Part shown: positions 1 through 11,539 of the stretch, piece after piece
Numbering within the stretch: position 1 is the stretch's first letter
How the letters are laid out: each line of letters starts with the position of its first letter
DNA from: Octopus sinensis
Taxonomy: Eukaryota
Length of the DNA stretch: 64,000 nucleotides
Direction of reading: 5' to 3'
Assembly: GCF_006345805.1 (NCBI RefSeq)
Contig: NC_043024.1
Coordinates: 19,096,001-19,160,000 of the forward strand
Notes under the pieces: generated by a model
What the model was told of the DNA's origin: nothing
Databases searched by the model: none
What the model saw: the letters and a program-made list of their open reading frames with translations, nothing else
Translations under genes and position numbers: made by a program

Positions 1-19
1 TCGCACATATATATACATA

Positions 20-185
20 CACACAAATTGAATGGGCTTCTTTCATTTCTATTTACCAAATTCACTCCCATTTCTTTGATGGGCATGGAGCTATAGAAGA
101 AGACACTTGCCTAAGGTGTTCAGGGTAGGATTGAACCCAGAACCAGATGGTTGTGTAGCAAACTTCTTAACCACATAGCCATTCC
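20..185 (-). mobile_element. tRNA-derived SINE family B, 5' (head) fragment
   Basis: Reverse complement of the head/core seen intact at 3044-3443 (tggctatgtggttaagaagtttgct...ggttctgggttcaatcc...ttaggcaagtgtcttct). Confidence 0.75.
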
Positions 186-805
186 TGCACACGTACATAA
201 ATACATAGTTGTGTTTACGTGTGTTTACCAGAGTGTGCATGCGGACATTATGTGTGAGTGTGTGTGTGTGTGTGTGTGTGCGTGTGTATTGTGACAGTGT
301 GTGTGTAATGTTTGCTTCGAGAAAATCATACATCCACTTATATACACATGCACACACATAAAAAATGGGAAAAAAAAACAATATGAACATCATGAAATCT
401 ATTTGCGATATATAAAATATAAACGTTTATTTTCATATGAGACGATCATCACAATAGAATCGCCATTTTAGCATTTTATGTCAGTTCTTAAGAAGTGCCA
501 TTATTGGCAAACAAATATGCTATATTTCTCTATGAGTTTCCTATTTAGATTTGATTGTTGCCGATTCCTTTTAGAATTTATGTCAAATTCTAGTGACACT
601 TTTAACCTTCTTTCTGACAAAATCAATTGTTAAGTCTCAGATTTAGAGAAAGGATTCTAAGAGATATTCTAAGAGATATTTGCTTCTCTGAAATCAATAA
701 AAACATAATATAAGAATATAGAAAAAAAATTTCATGATATGCTCATTTGGGTACTAAAAGAAAATCAGCTTTTTCCTTAGAATTTTTCTGTGCAGGTATG
801 TGCTT

Positions 806-1190
806 CTGTGTGTGTGTGTGTGTGTGTGTGTGCATGCATTTCTGAATGTGTTTCTCTGAGTGTGTGTGGTGTGTGTGTGTGTGTGTGTGTGTGTGTGCAT
901 GCATTTCTGAATGTGTTTCTCTGAGTGTGTGTGTGTGTGTGGTGTGTGTGTGTGTGTGTGTGTGTGCATGCATTTCTGAATGTGTTTCTCTGAGTGTGTG
1001 TGTGTGTGTGTGTGTTGTGTGTGTGTGTGTGTGTGTGTGTGTGCATGCATTTCTGAATGTGTTTCTGTGAGTGTGAGTGTGTGTGTGTGTGTGCATGCAT
1101 TTCTGAATGTGTTTCTGTGAGTGTGTGTGTGTGTGTGTGTGTGCATGCATTTCTGAATGTGTTTCTCTGAGTGTGTGTGTGCATGTGTGT
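806..1190. repeat. Compound minisatellite: ~30-bp constant unit plus variable (GT)n, 6 copies
   Basis: gcatgcatttctgaatgtgtttct(c/g)tgagt starts at 832, 897, 966, 1043, 1093 and 1143, separated by (GT)n. Confidence 0.95.
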
Positions 1191-1338
1191 GATGTGGTGC
1201 TTTTAGAATTCTGGCTATTTCACAAGAGCAATGCTACTCATAAAACTGCTCTATACATTATTTTTTTATTGCTATCAAATAGAAAACCTCATAGATGCCA
1301 CATTTCAACAGCCATCTTGTGTGTGTTCATTATTATTA

Positions 1339-1552
1339 AGATGATGAACTGGCAGAATCATTAGCATGCCAGGCAAAATGCTTTGTGGCATTTTGTCTGT
1401 CTCTATGTTCTGAGTTCAAATCCCGCCAAGGTTGATTTTACTTTTCATCTTATGGGGTCCATAAAAAATAAGTACCAGTTAAACACTGGGGTCGATGTAA
1501 TCAACTCATCCCCTCCCCCCAGAATTGCTGCCCTTTTGGAAAAATTTGAAAC
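1339..1552 (+). mobile_element. tRNA-derived SINE family A (Nin/Deu-domain-like core), (ATT)n tail
   Basis: A-box-like tggcagaatcattagc, B-box gttcaaatccc, core aaggttgattttacttttcatctt...aagtaccag; more than 20 related copies in the window. Confidence 0.8.
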
Positions 1553-1554
1553 CC

Positions 1555-1595
<41 letters not shown>

Positions 1596-1596
<1 letters not shown>

Positions 1597-2130
1597 GTGA
1601 ATGAGAGAGCAGTGCATGCCATCAAAGTGACACTGGGGTACAAATATACGAAACCCAGTATATCCATCATGACTACCCGTCTGATAAGGATACACTAGAC
1701 ACATGCATCACAGCCATATGTGCACAACATGGTGATCGCATATCTAGATCAACAGTGCATGACCTCGCAGTTAGAATTTTCTGCAGGTTGAGTAGCCCAT
1801 CCAGCTCAACAAGGTTTCTTTTAAGGATGTTGAACGAAACACCTATGTTTCCAGAGATGAATTATTCAGACCCCAAGGAATTCCGCTCAACACATGGCTA
1901 TGATGCTCCCCACTACTTCTGCGCGTGATCAGAGATACACATATCGTCAGCCATCAAGGGACATGCTCAACTAGTTAAGGTCAAACAACTGACAAGCAAA
2001 TCTGTGATATTGAGCAGAATATTTGCTGTAGCCCATCTTTTATACCAAGACAAAACAATGTACATGATGACACTTCCAATCAGTAAAGATCAGAAACCAT
2101 GAGAGCCACTGCCTGGTACTGCATCAGGGC
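1596..2130. mobile_element. Unclassified ~535-bp interspersed element (family D) embedded in (ATT)n
   Basis: Near-identical copies at 16768, 19886, 28474 and 40623, same orientation and same left end; no long ORF, no A/B boxes seen. Confidence 0.85.
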
Positions 2131-2195
<65 letters not shown>

Positions 2196-2217
2196 TATTA
2201 TTATTATCATCATCATT

Positions 2218-2590
2218 AAGGTGGCATGCTGGCAAAATCATTAGCACACCTGGTGAAATGTGTAGCCGTATTTCGTCTGCCGCTACGTTCTGAGTTCAAA
2301 TTCCGTCGAGGTCGACTTTGCCTTTCATCCTTTCGGGGTCGATAAATTAAGCACCAGTTACGCACTGGGGTCGATATAATCGACTTAATCCCTTTGTCTG
2401 TCCTTGTTTGTCCCCTCTGTGTTTAGCCCCTTGTGGGTAGTAAAGAAATAGGTATTTCATCAGCCGTTACATTTCACCAAGGTTGACTTTGCCTTTCATC
2501 CTTTCGGGGTTGATAAATTAAGTACCAGTTGCATACTGGGGTCGATGTAATTGACTAGTCCCCTCCCTTAAAATTTCAGGTTCTATACCT
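2218..2590 (+). mobile_element. SINE family A, head plus tandem second unit
   Basis: Head ggtggcatgctggcaaaatc; junction ...gtgggtagtaaagaaata|ggtatttc at ~2451; second core follows. Confidence 0.85.
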
Positions 2591-2595
2591 TTTAT

Positions 2596-3042
2596 TTCCT
2601 GCCTGATGGGTCTCAGTGCTTTTTCTAATTGTTCTTTTGCCCCTATCTTCACCTTGTTGGATTTCGGGTTATATATTCTGTGTGTGATACTTTTTTCCTT
2701 GATAATCCTTGTGTTGTTGCTGGGGGTAGCAGTGACCCCTTCACCTCTTGTCCTTCTCTCTTCAACGTTTCTTTATAGTTTTACATTTCCTTTGCATTGA
2801 TACAGATTTCTTCTTTCTTTCTTATTACCAGCCGCAGCTGCAAAGTTCATTTTCTTGCTTCCTTCCGTTACTTTGTCAATCCTTTCCACACTTCTTCTCA
2901 GGTCATTCTCGGACGAGGTCATAGGGGCCGAATTAAAACTCTCGTAGTCCATCTCCGCATTCACAACACTTTCCCCTTCAACCGAGGGAAAACACTAGCT
3001 GCAACGGAGCAAAAACAAAGTGTAGAAAACACACACAACAAT
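2596..3042 (-). pseudogene. Possible 5' end (UTR plus ORF1 N-terminus) of an L1/Tx1-like LINE
   Basis: Interrupted reading frame MDYESFNS...KKMNFAAAAGNKKERR; an FAAAA-type motif is common at Tx1 ORF1 N-termini; no domain-level match visible. Confidence 0.3.
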
Positions 3043-3043
3043 C

Positions 3044-3443
3044 AGGCGCAGGAGTGGCTGTGTGGTAAGTAGCTTGCTAACCAACCACATGGTTCCAGGT
3101 TCAGTCCCACTGTGTGGCATCTTGGGCAAGTGTCTTCTACTATAGCCTCGGGTCGACCAAAGCCTTGTGAGCGGATTTGGTAGACGGAAACTGAAAGAAG
3201 CCTGTCGTATATATATATATATGTAAATATATGTGTGTGTGTATATGTTTGTGTGTCTGTGTTTGTCCCTCTAACCGATGCTGGTGTGTTTATATCCCCG
3301 TTACTTAGCGGTTCGGCAAAAGAGTCAGATACAATAAGTACTAGGCTTACAAAGAATAAGTCCTGGGGTCGATTTGCTCGACTAAAGGCGGTGCTCCAGC
3401 ATGGCCACAGTCAAATGACTGAAACAAGTAAAAGAGTAAGAGT
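3044..3443 (+). mobile_element. tRNA-derived SINE family B, full length (CORE-like centre, internal (TA)n, (AAAGAGT)n tail)
   Basis: ggcgcaggagtggctgtgtggtaag (A box), ggttcagtccc (B box), ttgggcaagtgtcttc core, tail gaaacaagtaaaagagtaagagt. Confidence 0.9.
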
Positions 3444-6400
3444 ACAACAGAAAAACGTTACAATTACACGAAGGGAGCGAGCGGTTTACACGAACTCGGA
3501 ACCTTGATATGACGGCATCTACGACATTAACAGAATAAAAACAACTACCAAAATGCTCTCCCCACTACTACCGATTACTTCTCTTTATAAGAGTTTGGCT
3601 AGTTCATTCTCCAATCCACCTCAACATCTAATCCCACCCCGCTTGAGACTGACTTCCGTTGGAAGTAAATATTATTTTTATTTATATATTTTTCTTTCAT
3701 CACATCTCCCTTTTTGAGGTTTTTCTCCTAGGGAAATTTCATATTTCCTCCGTTTAGGCACTACTTCCAACCGTTCTGTCTCTCTTCTCTTTCTTGTGCT
3801 CCTACGACTTGGTTCGATTTCTTGTGGAGTTTGGAAAACAAAGGTGTCAAAAAAAGCACTTCAATAGGTATCTCTTCTTTTTTCCCGTATATCTATTTTT
3901 TAGCTGGTTTAAATGCATTTCGTGTTCCTATTTTCATCTCTTATATATGTCATTTTGCCTAATCTTTTTGTTACGATTCCGTCTTCCTAACTTTGTCTTC
4001 AATTTTTAGATATTTTTAAAAACGCTTTGTCACTGATATTAAAAAACTTCTTCCATGTATGAATTTATGGATTTTCTTTTACCGCAAATATGATGGCTAA
4101 TACCTCTTTTTCTATTTGACTGTAGCTTTTCTCAACCGGCAATTATGAACGCAAAGCATGAGCTATTACTTTCATGCCACCATCTTCATATTTGTGTAAA
4201 ATCACAACGCCAGTACCACTTTCAATAGCATCTGCTGCCACTATTAATTCTAAATTCGGGTTAGAATGTGATAACGACAATTCCAAATTTAAGACGTTTT
4301 TAATTTCTTCAAAAGTTTTTGGCATTTGTTCGACCAGTTCCACTTAACGTCTTTTTTTAATAAGTTATTCAGGGGTGCTCTTAAATCGTACACATTCGGT
4401 ATGTATACCTGGTAGTCATTTGCAAGCCCCAAAGATGTTTGTAACGTTGTAATGTTCGTCGGGAGAAGCATATTTTTATTACACTCGCCCTAAACTGGTT
4501 TGCGTCCATATTCATCAATAATCTGCCCCAGATATTTTATTCTTGAAATAAAAAAAAATCCCACTTTTCTCTGCCGGCAATTATGAACGCGAATTTTATT
4601 CTTTTATTCTTTCGAAAACCTTTTTAATATGCTCAGCATGCTGACCTCTAGATTCGGGACAACATGCATGTGTCTGAGAGCAATCTTTTACTTCAGTTTT
4701 TATGAGTTTGTCGTCAAGGTGAGCTATAGCGAAATCCGAACCTGGGAGCATAACGTCCATAATTTGTTGGGAAATGCCAGGTACTACCTATTTATTTTCT
4801 ACCCACAAGGGGCTAAACACAGAAGGGACAAACAAGGACAGACAAACGGATTAAGTTGATTATATCGACCCCAGTGCGTAACTGGTACTTATTTAATCGA
4901 CCCCGAAAGGATGAAAGGCAAAGTCAACCTCGGCGGAATTTGAACTCAGAACGTAATGGCAGACGAAATACCGCTAAGCATTTCGTCCGGCGTGCTAAAG
5001 TTTCTGCCAGCTCGCCGCAAACATGAACACAGGCGAAATACCTATTTCTTTACTACCCACAAGGGGCTACACACAGAGGGGGCAAACAAGGACAGACAAA
5101 CGGATTAAGTCGATTATATCGATCCCAGTGCATAACTGGTACTTATTTAATTGAGCCTGAAAGGATGAAAAGCAAAGTCGACCTCGGCGGAATTTGAACT
5201 CAAAACGTAACGGCAGACAAAATACGGCTACGCATTTCGCCCGGCGTGCTAACGATTCTACCAGCTCGTCACCTTAATGCCAGGTACTACCGTAATATCA
5301 AAGGAAGGGGTCGATTAAATTTATAAAACCCTTTATGGGTATTTAATTTCAATAATTTTGAACATTGCTCATCAACTTTTACCTGCAAATATTCTTTAAA
5401 TAGGTTCAATTTTGAAAAGAATTTCATCCATTCAACTTCGTGAAAATTTCTTCCTGGCTTGATAGCAGGTAATTATATGACATCAAACATTACTTTAATC
5501 CCGTTGAAAAATCGGTGCATACGCGAATTTTATTATTTTGTTTTTCTTGAAAAACTCTTGGGGACGCCCAATTTGGGAAATCAATTTTTTCAATAACGCT
5601 AAGCTTTTCAAGTCTATCCAATTCTTCGTTGACTTGTTTCAACGCCGCGAAAGGTGCTATTCTTTTTGGTTTAAATTCCGGTATAGCATTTTCTTTCACT
5701 TGAAACTTCATCTCTGTTTTTGTACAAAGACTCAATTCCTCAGGAAAAAACGTCAGGAAAAATTATTTTAATTCTTTTTTTAAACTCCCCGATACCTTGC
5801 TTGTAGAGGCGGAAGAACCATTTACATTCTTACAAAAGACATTTATAGGTAGGTCCCAAAAGTTAAATTGTTCCATCCAGTCTGTTCCAAATAAATTTGT
5901 CGTATTTTTCAACTCGAAAAAATTTGGCTTTCAAAGTTTTTCCACGAAATGTAACATCACTTATCATTTCGCCCATAAAATGCAATATTTTCCTGAAACA
6001 CTTCTCGAAGTTTCCTTTAATCTAGGTTTCCCTTTTTTTCTCCAAGTACCTGTATTAATTGTCGGGATATCACTGCCCGTATCCAATTGTAACTTGATAT
6101 TTACGTTATTCATTTTTACGGACAAATTTTCTTTTCTAAGCCTTGCTTAGAATTTTCTTTAACTATACATTCTTTCTAACATTTTTTTTTTGCTTGACCC
6201 TTTTTTTTGTTTCGTTATACAATGTGAGCTTTTACGTCCGATTTTTCCACAATCAAAACATTTACGATTTTTAAAACACAATTACTTTTAAAATGTAAAC
6301 CTCAGCAACCATAGCAAGGATTTGGCCAAGACGTTGGCTTTTTTTTCTTATCTGTCTTAGGACGACACGCATATGTCTGAAAACAATCTTTTTCTTCAGT

Positions 6401-7245
6401 TTTATCCGCGACATACCTTAAATTTACAATCCTCCGGCATTCTCCAGTCACTGCCTATAGAGTTAATTTTTGGTCCTGTTCTAATTTTGGTAATATGCAG
6501 GAACGAATATTCACATCTTTTCTTGCTGTTAACCCTTGAATAAAAATTATACATTTGAACAAATCCGGGGTTAATTCATTTAATTTGAATTTTTCACACT
6601 CTCTGGTAACGACCCCAGCATAGGAGGCGGAAACTTCATTTTTTTTTTTTTTTTACTAAATTTCAACATTTCCAACGACAATTGAACACGGAAATTCTTT
6701 CACTGAAAATTCTCGATAACAAATTAAATGTTTCATCGAAATAAATCTCACCTAGTTTCATCGGCAGAATGTGATTACAGTATTTTTCGTGTTCGGCAGG
6801 GGTTAACTTTCTTAAAAGTAGTCGCACCTTCTTCTCGTCATTCCAATTTTTACATTCTTCTTTGAAGATTTCGTATCTACGAAAGTATGACAAAAAAAGT
6901 AGTACCTTCTTCTAGGTTATAAAGAAATTCTCTAATTGAATTTGCTATGCTATCTGACGAGAATGAACCCTGAAGTATTTTCAGACTTCTTAAACATTAC
7001 TTCCAGTAACTGTTGGTATTGTTGCTGTAGCTGCTGTTGTTGTTGCTGTTGCAACTGCAAAACGCAAGTCAACAAGTCTTTCATGTTAAATAATTCTTTT
7101 CTTTAGTTTTGTACTGAAAAAAATTTAAATGTCTTACGCAAGCTTCGAATATCTCGTCGCCACTTTTATATCCTGCCACAGGTTGGTAGAGACAAATTAT
7201 GTAGCAGAGGTTTAATTAATGTGTTCACACGACGTATTTCGCAAG
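3444..7245 (-). mobile_element. Decayed, internally deleted Ty3/gypsy LTR retrotransposon (Mag-C / K02A2.6-like)
   Basis: PBS TGGCGACGAG at 7153-7162 (complement of a tRNA-Ser(GCU)-type 3' end); gag KVRLLLRKL..EHEKYCNHILP; knuckle CFDCGKIGRKSSHC; protease QLDTGSD; RT NWASP...KIRVCTDFSTGL; RNase H DAIESGTGVVILH...IAHA and YSQIEKEVLAIIFAV; integrase C-terminus HLNQLKNR; PPT aaaaagggaga then TG at 3704. Many stops and frameshifts; LTR pair not matched. Confidence 0.85.
4773..5282 (-). mobile_element. SINE family A tandem multimer inserted in the gypsy RT region
   Basis: Head at ~5280 plus repeated ~184-bp units with the aaagaaata|ggtatttc junction at ~5040. Confidence 0.85.
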
Positions 7246-7249
7246 ACTA

Positions 7250-7521
7250 CCCCTCAAAATAAGGGCAGAGGAACATCGCAAAGCGGTGACACGGCGAGAT
7301 ATTGATAAATCGGGTATAGCTGATCATGTATGAAAAAATGGAGACCACCTGCCCCCGTGGAATGAAGTTAAAATACTAGACAGAGAACACCAGTGGAAAA
7401 TACGAAAAATAAAAGAAGCAGCACATATGCTAGGACACAACAACCCCTAAGCAGACTGAGTGCAGATATGAGTAGCATATGGGAACCGGTATCAAGGAAG
7501 GATAGAATATTAGATTTATAA
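7250..7521 (+). pseudogene. Penelope-like element (PLE), GIY-YIG endonuclease C-terminal fragment
   Basis: PLKIRAEEHRKAVTRRDIDKSGIADHV*KNGDHLPPWNEVKILDREHQWKIRKIKEAAHM matches the PLE pattern R..EH...SA/G.A.H....H...W..V.IL..E...R...EA; one stop and one frameshift. Confidence 0.75.
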
Positions 7522-7545
7522 GCCCTAAAATTCATTCCATAATTG

Positions 7546-7612
7546 CCCACAGGCATAAGGCGTAGTGGTTAAGAGCGGGCTACTAATCCCAAGATTCCGA
7601 GTTCCATTCCAG
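7546..7612 (+). other. tRNA-like (Ser-like) module directly after the PLE ORF end
   Basis: ccacaggcataaggcgtagtggttaagagcgggctactaatcccaagattccgagttccattccaggcag with A-box-like and B-box-like motifs; same module at 30147-30226 (-). Confidence 0.7.
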
Positions 7613-8430
7613 GCAGCTGGTAGAATCGTTAGTACACCAGGCAAAATGCTTGGCAGAATTTCGTCAGCTGCTACATTTTAGGTTCAAATTCAGCAGAGGT
7701 CGACTTTGCTTTTCATCCTTACAGGGTTGATAAATTAAGTACCAGTTACGCACTGGGGTCGATCTAATCGACTAGTCCCCACCCCCAAAATTTAAGGCCT
7801 TGTGTCTATAGTTGAAAGGACTATTCTGATGAGCTAGCAGAATCATTTGCCCACTGGGCATAATTCTTTGCTGCAGAATTTCATCTCTCTGTGTTCTGAG
7901 TTCAAATTGTGTTGAGGTTGACTTTGTTTTTCATACTTTTGGTATTGATAAAAGAAGTACCAGGAATGCACTGGAATTGCTGGTTTTGTGCCAAAGCTTG
8001 AAATTATTATCATTTTTGTTATTAAGATGATGAACCAGTAGAATCATTAGCAATGTCAGGCAAAATGATTTGTGGCATTTCGCCTGTCTTTACGTTCTGA
8101 GTTCACATTCTGCAAAGGTCGACTTTGCCTTTCATATTTTTGGGGTCGATAAATTATGTACCAGTTAAGCACTGGGGTTGATGTAATTGACTCAAAATTA
8201 CATTTTTCCTTCCCTCAAAATTTCATTCCTTGCACCTTTAGTAGAAAGGATTATTATTATTATTATTATTACTAAAAAAGACAACAAGCTGGTAGAATCA
8301 TTAGCATGCCAGATGAAATACTTAGTGGCATTTTGTCCGTTGCTCTGTTCTGAGTTCAAATTCCACCGAGGTAGACTTTGCCCTTCATCCGTTTGGGGTC
8401 GCTGAAATAAGTACTAGTTATGCACTGGGG
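7613..8430 (+). mobile_element. Cluster of four or five diverged SINE family A copies
   Basis: Repeated ggcagaatc..ttagc / gttcaaatt / gactttg..tttcat..ttt..ggggtcgataaa cores at ~7613, 7830, 8030 and 8285. Confidence 0.75.
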
Positions 8431-8434
8431 TTGA

Positions 8435-9215
8435 TGATGATGATGATGACAGTGAGATGAGATTGATGACGACGACGGTGATCATGACGAAGATAATTTT
8501 AGTAATGAGGATGATGATGTTGATGATGATAGTGATGCTGCTACTACTATTGTCCATGATGATGATGTGGGCAATGACAATTATGACAATAACGATGGTG
8601 ATGACAGTGAGGGTTATGATGATGACAATGAGATGATGACTATGGTGATGATGGCAGTGACCATAATGATGATGATGATGACAATCTGATGATGGTGATA
8701 ATGACGACGATGATGATGATAATGATGATATTGCTACTGCTGAGCATGATGATGATGATGGCAGTGACCATAATGATGATGATGATGACAATGATGATAT
8801 TGCTACTGCTGAGCATGATGATGATGATGATGACAATGATGATTGTGATAATGATAAAGATGTGATGTGGGCAATAACAACGAAAACAAGGACGACGACA
8901 ATTATGATGATAATGAAGATGATGATGACAGTAATCCTGATAATGATGATGACGGCAACAACGATGATGACAAACGATGACAGTGACAACAATGATAACA
9001 ATGATGATGATGAGGAGGAGGATTATGATAATGACCCAGACCATGATGACTATGATGGTGATGATGATGAAGCCCATGATGATGATAGTGATCATGATTA
9101 TGATGACAACGACGTCGATGATGGTGATGACAATGAAGATGGCAATGATGATTATGATGATGATGATGATGCTCTTGATGATGATGATGCCAACGAGGCT
9201 GACAAAAACCATGGT
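8435..9215. repeat. (GAT/GAC)n low-complexity tract with internal duplications
   Basis: Trinucleotide degenerate repeat; blocks ggcagtgaccataatgatgatg and gatattgctactgctgagcatgatg each occur twice at 8650-8830. Confidence 0.9.
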
Positions 9216-9256
9216 GATAATGAAGAAGTTTTCAAATTTGAAGAACTTCGAGTTAC

Positions 9257-9297
9257 CATGAAGAGACATATTCTACGTCCCCAAACGAAACTGGTTC
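9257..9297 (-). CDS. Candidate 41-nt exon of an unidentified gene
   Basis: Acceptor tttatgtttccttatctttag, donor ATG|gtaact; open in two frames (EPVSFGDVEYVSS or TSFVWGRRICLFM); splice signals only. Confidence 0.2.
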
Positions 9298-9721
9298 CTA
9301 AAGATAAGGAAACATAAATATTTCAGATCACGCTGAGCAAACAGCATTGCTCAGGAAATTGAATGGCACTAAACCTATTTGCTCTCTGAAGAATTTTAAT
9401 TTTTCCCATCTAAAGAAAAGCTTAGCTTCAGAAAGAAGAACTTGCATCTCTCTCTCTCTCCATGGGTTACAAAATTATTGAAACTCGAGAGCCATCAGCT
9501 GCAGCAGAAGATGTGTATGTGTCAATGTATGATCATCATTTACTGCTGGAGTCGGTTGCATGGCTTGGCAGCAGCTATTAAGTTGTAGGGCTGCAACAGG
9601 GCTCAGTTGTTGGTTTCGGTATGGTTTCTATGAGCAGATATCCTTTCTAATGCCAGTCACTTTCCAGACTGTACCAGTGCTTTTTACATGGCACCATCAC
9701 CAGTATATATAATTATATATA

Positions 9722-10020
9722 TATATATCACCGTGACCGACCAGGCTATCAGATGTTGCTATACATCGCTGGTCACAATGCGCTTCGCCTTGTTTTAGCC
9801 CTCAAATGACGCCACCCCGCTGGCTAAGCGAGCAGGCCAACAGAAGAAAGAGTGAGAGAAAGTTGTGGTGGAAGAGTACTGCAGGGATCGCCACCACCCA
9901 TTGCCGGAGCCTCATGGAGCTTTAAGCGTTTTCACTCAATAAACACTCACAACGCCCGGTCTGGGAATCGAAACCGCGATCCTACGACCACGAGTCCGCT
10001 GCCCTAACCACTGGGTCATA
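9722..10020 (-). mobile_element. tRNA-derived SINE family F
   Basis: Head tgacccagtggttagggcagcggactcgtggtcgtaggatcgcggtttcgattccc; related head at 38987 (+). Confidence 0.75.
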
Positions 10021-10023
10021 ATA

Positions 10024-10063
<40 letters not shown>

Positions 10064-10666
10064 TAAATATACGAGCAAAACGGTTTCCCCCCCCCCCACA
10101 TCCAATGGACGGTGCTGAGTTGTCAAATATTTAAACCAAATTTTCTCAAAACAACTTGTCCGACCATCCCATAGGCTTCCCCTTGAACTCAGAACATAAC
10201 AGCAGATGAAATACCACTAAGCATTTTGCCCAGTGTGCTAACGTTTCCACCAGCTCATTGCCTTTTATTCTTATTACTATTCTGTTAAAGAAATATATAT
10301 ATATATACACACACATGTGTATATAGGGTAAAGGCTCCCTTTGGTCATGGATGACCATGGAATTGCACCTAGAAAGTTCCCCTCCAATTTTCAAGTCCAG
10401 GCAAAGCAGTTTGTGAAAGACTAGAAGTCATTACAGCCTCCCCTCCCAAAGCCTATGATGTTATCCAAGGGAAAGGCAAAGACCGATACAGCTTGGCACC
10501 CGTGACGTCACAACTCATTTCTACAGCTGAGTGAACTGGAGCAATGTGAAATAAAATGTCTTGCTCGAGAGCACAACACACACCTGGTCCAGGAATCGAA
10601 CTCACTATCTCATGATTGTCAACCCGATGCTCTAACCATTGAACTATACATACCTATGTACACACA

Positions 10667-10697
<31 letters not shown>

Positions 10698-10774
10698 GTG
10701 TATACAGAGAGAGAGGGAGAGAGAAAATGACTGCTAGGCACTAAAGCTTTTTTTATTCTCTCTCTGTTTATTTT

Positions 10775-10920
10775 CTCATGTTCCTTTCTGTTGAAGAGCA
10801 AAGGCTCAAAATATAAAAGACTTTCTCATCTTCCTGTGCATCAAACTAATACACCTGCTTGTTGTTTATGCACCTGTCGTTGTCTTTTGTTTTTTTTTTG
10901 TAAATTCCAACTATATATAT
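10775..10920 (+). mobile_element. PLE pLTR-like short repeat with decayed hammerhead
   Basis: ctttctgttgaagagcaaaggctcaaaatataaaag aligns to the 34196 and 14512 hammerhead copies; ends ...aattccaact(ata)n. Confidence 0.6.
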
Positions 10921-11292
10921 ATGTATTGTCAATATACATATATATCAATGTATCTATCTATTTATCCTTCTTTCTTTCTATACACACACATACGCACTCA
11001 ACACACACAGAGGCGTATATATACATATATCTCCTTAGGAATATATGTAAATCTATATACATATTTATATTTTAAAATGTATATGCAAAAATGAGGGGAA
11101 ATTGTATTGGTGAGCATGTTGAATATATTAAGGCAATATTACTCTCCTTAGGCACAACAAAATATCAATATATCTTTTATATTTATTAGTATACAGACGG
11201 ACAGACAGACAGACACATATAGAAAGAGAGAGAGAGAAAAATAGATATAGATTGATACATCGAGAGACAGACAGATAAATAGATAGGTATAT

Positions 11293-11506
11293 ACTCTTTA
11301 CTCTTTTACTTGTTTCAGTCATTTGACTGAAGCCATGCTGGAGCACCGCCTTTTTTTTAGTCAAGCAAATCGACCCCGGGACTTATTCTTTGTAAGCCCA
11401 GTACTTATTCTATCGGTCACTTTTGCCGAACCGCTAAGTGACGGGGACGTAAGCACACCAGCATCGGTTGTCAAGCAATGCTAGGGGGACAAACATAGAC
11501 ACACAA

Positions 11507-11539
<33 letters not shown>

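Noticed and set aside
781-801. Plus-strand 15-nt micro-exon or recursive AG|GT site (tttttctgtgcag|gtatgt); similar at 52545-52575 (-) and 58320-58337
   Set aside because: Isolated splice-like signals on conflicting strands; expected by chance in AT-rich DNA
743-1184. His/Thr-rich ORFs (also 55032-57329 and many Ile/Tyr/Val/Cys-rich ORFs in the track)
   Set aside because: Translations of (CA)n/(TA)n microsatellites that are open in several frames; no coding signal
806-1190. CRISPR-like repeat-spacer appearance (also 37716-38030)
   Set aside because: Spacers are simple microsatellites, the context is eukaryotic, and there are no cas genes
2085-2130. HDV-like ribozyme at the minus-strand 5' end of family D (cagt-ggc-tctcatg-gct...ttaactg)
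   Set aside because: P2, P3 and L3 are plausible, but I could not build a convincing P1/P1.1; left as a test only
3044-3120. SINE heads as tRNA genes (also 7546, 9950, 30147)
   Set aside because: A and B boxes are present, but acceptor stems do not pair and the heads run into SINE bodies
8414-9317. Asp-rich, Ile-rich and Met-rich ORFs
   Set aside because: (GAT)n tract open in most frames; similar at 17839-18205, 31985-32434 and 36650-36949
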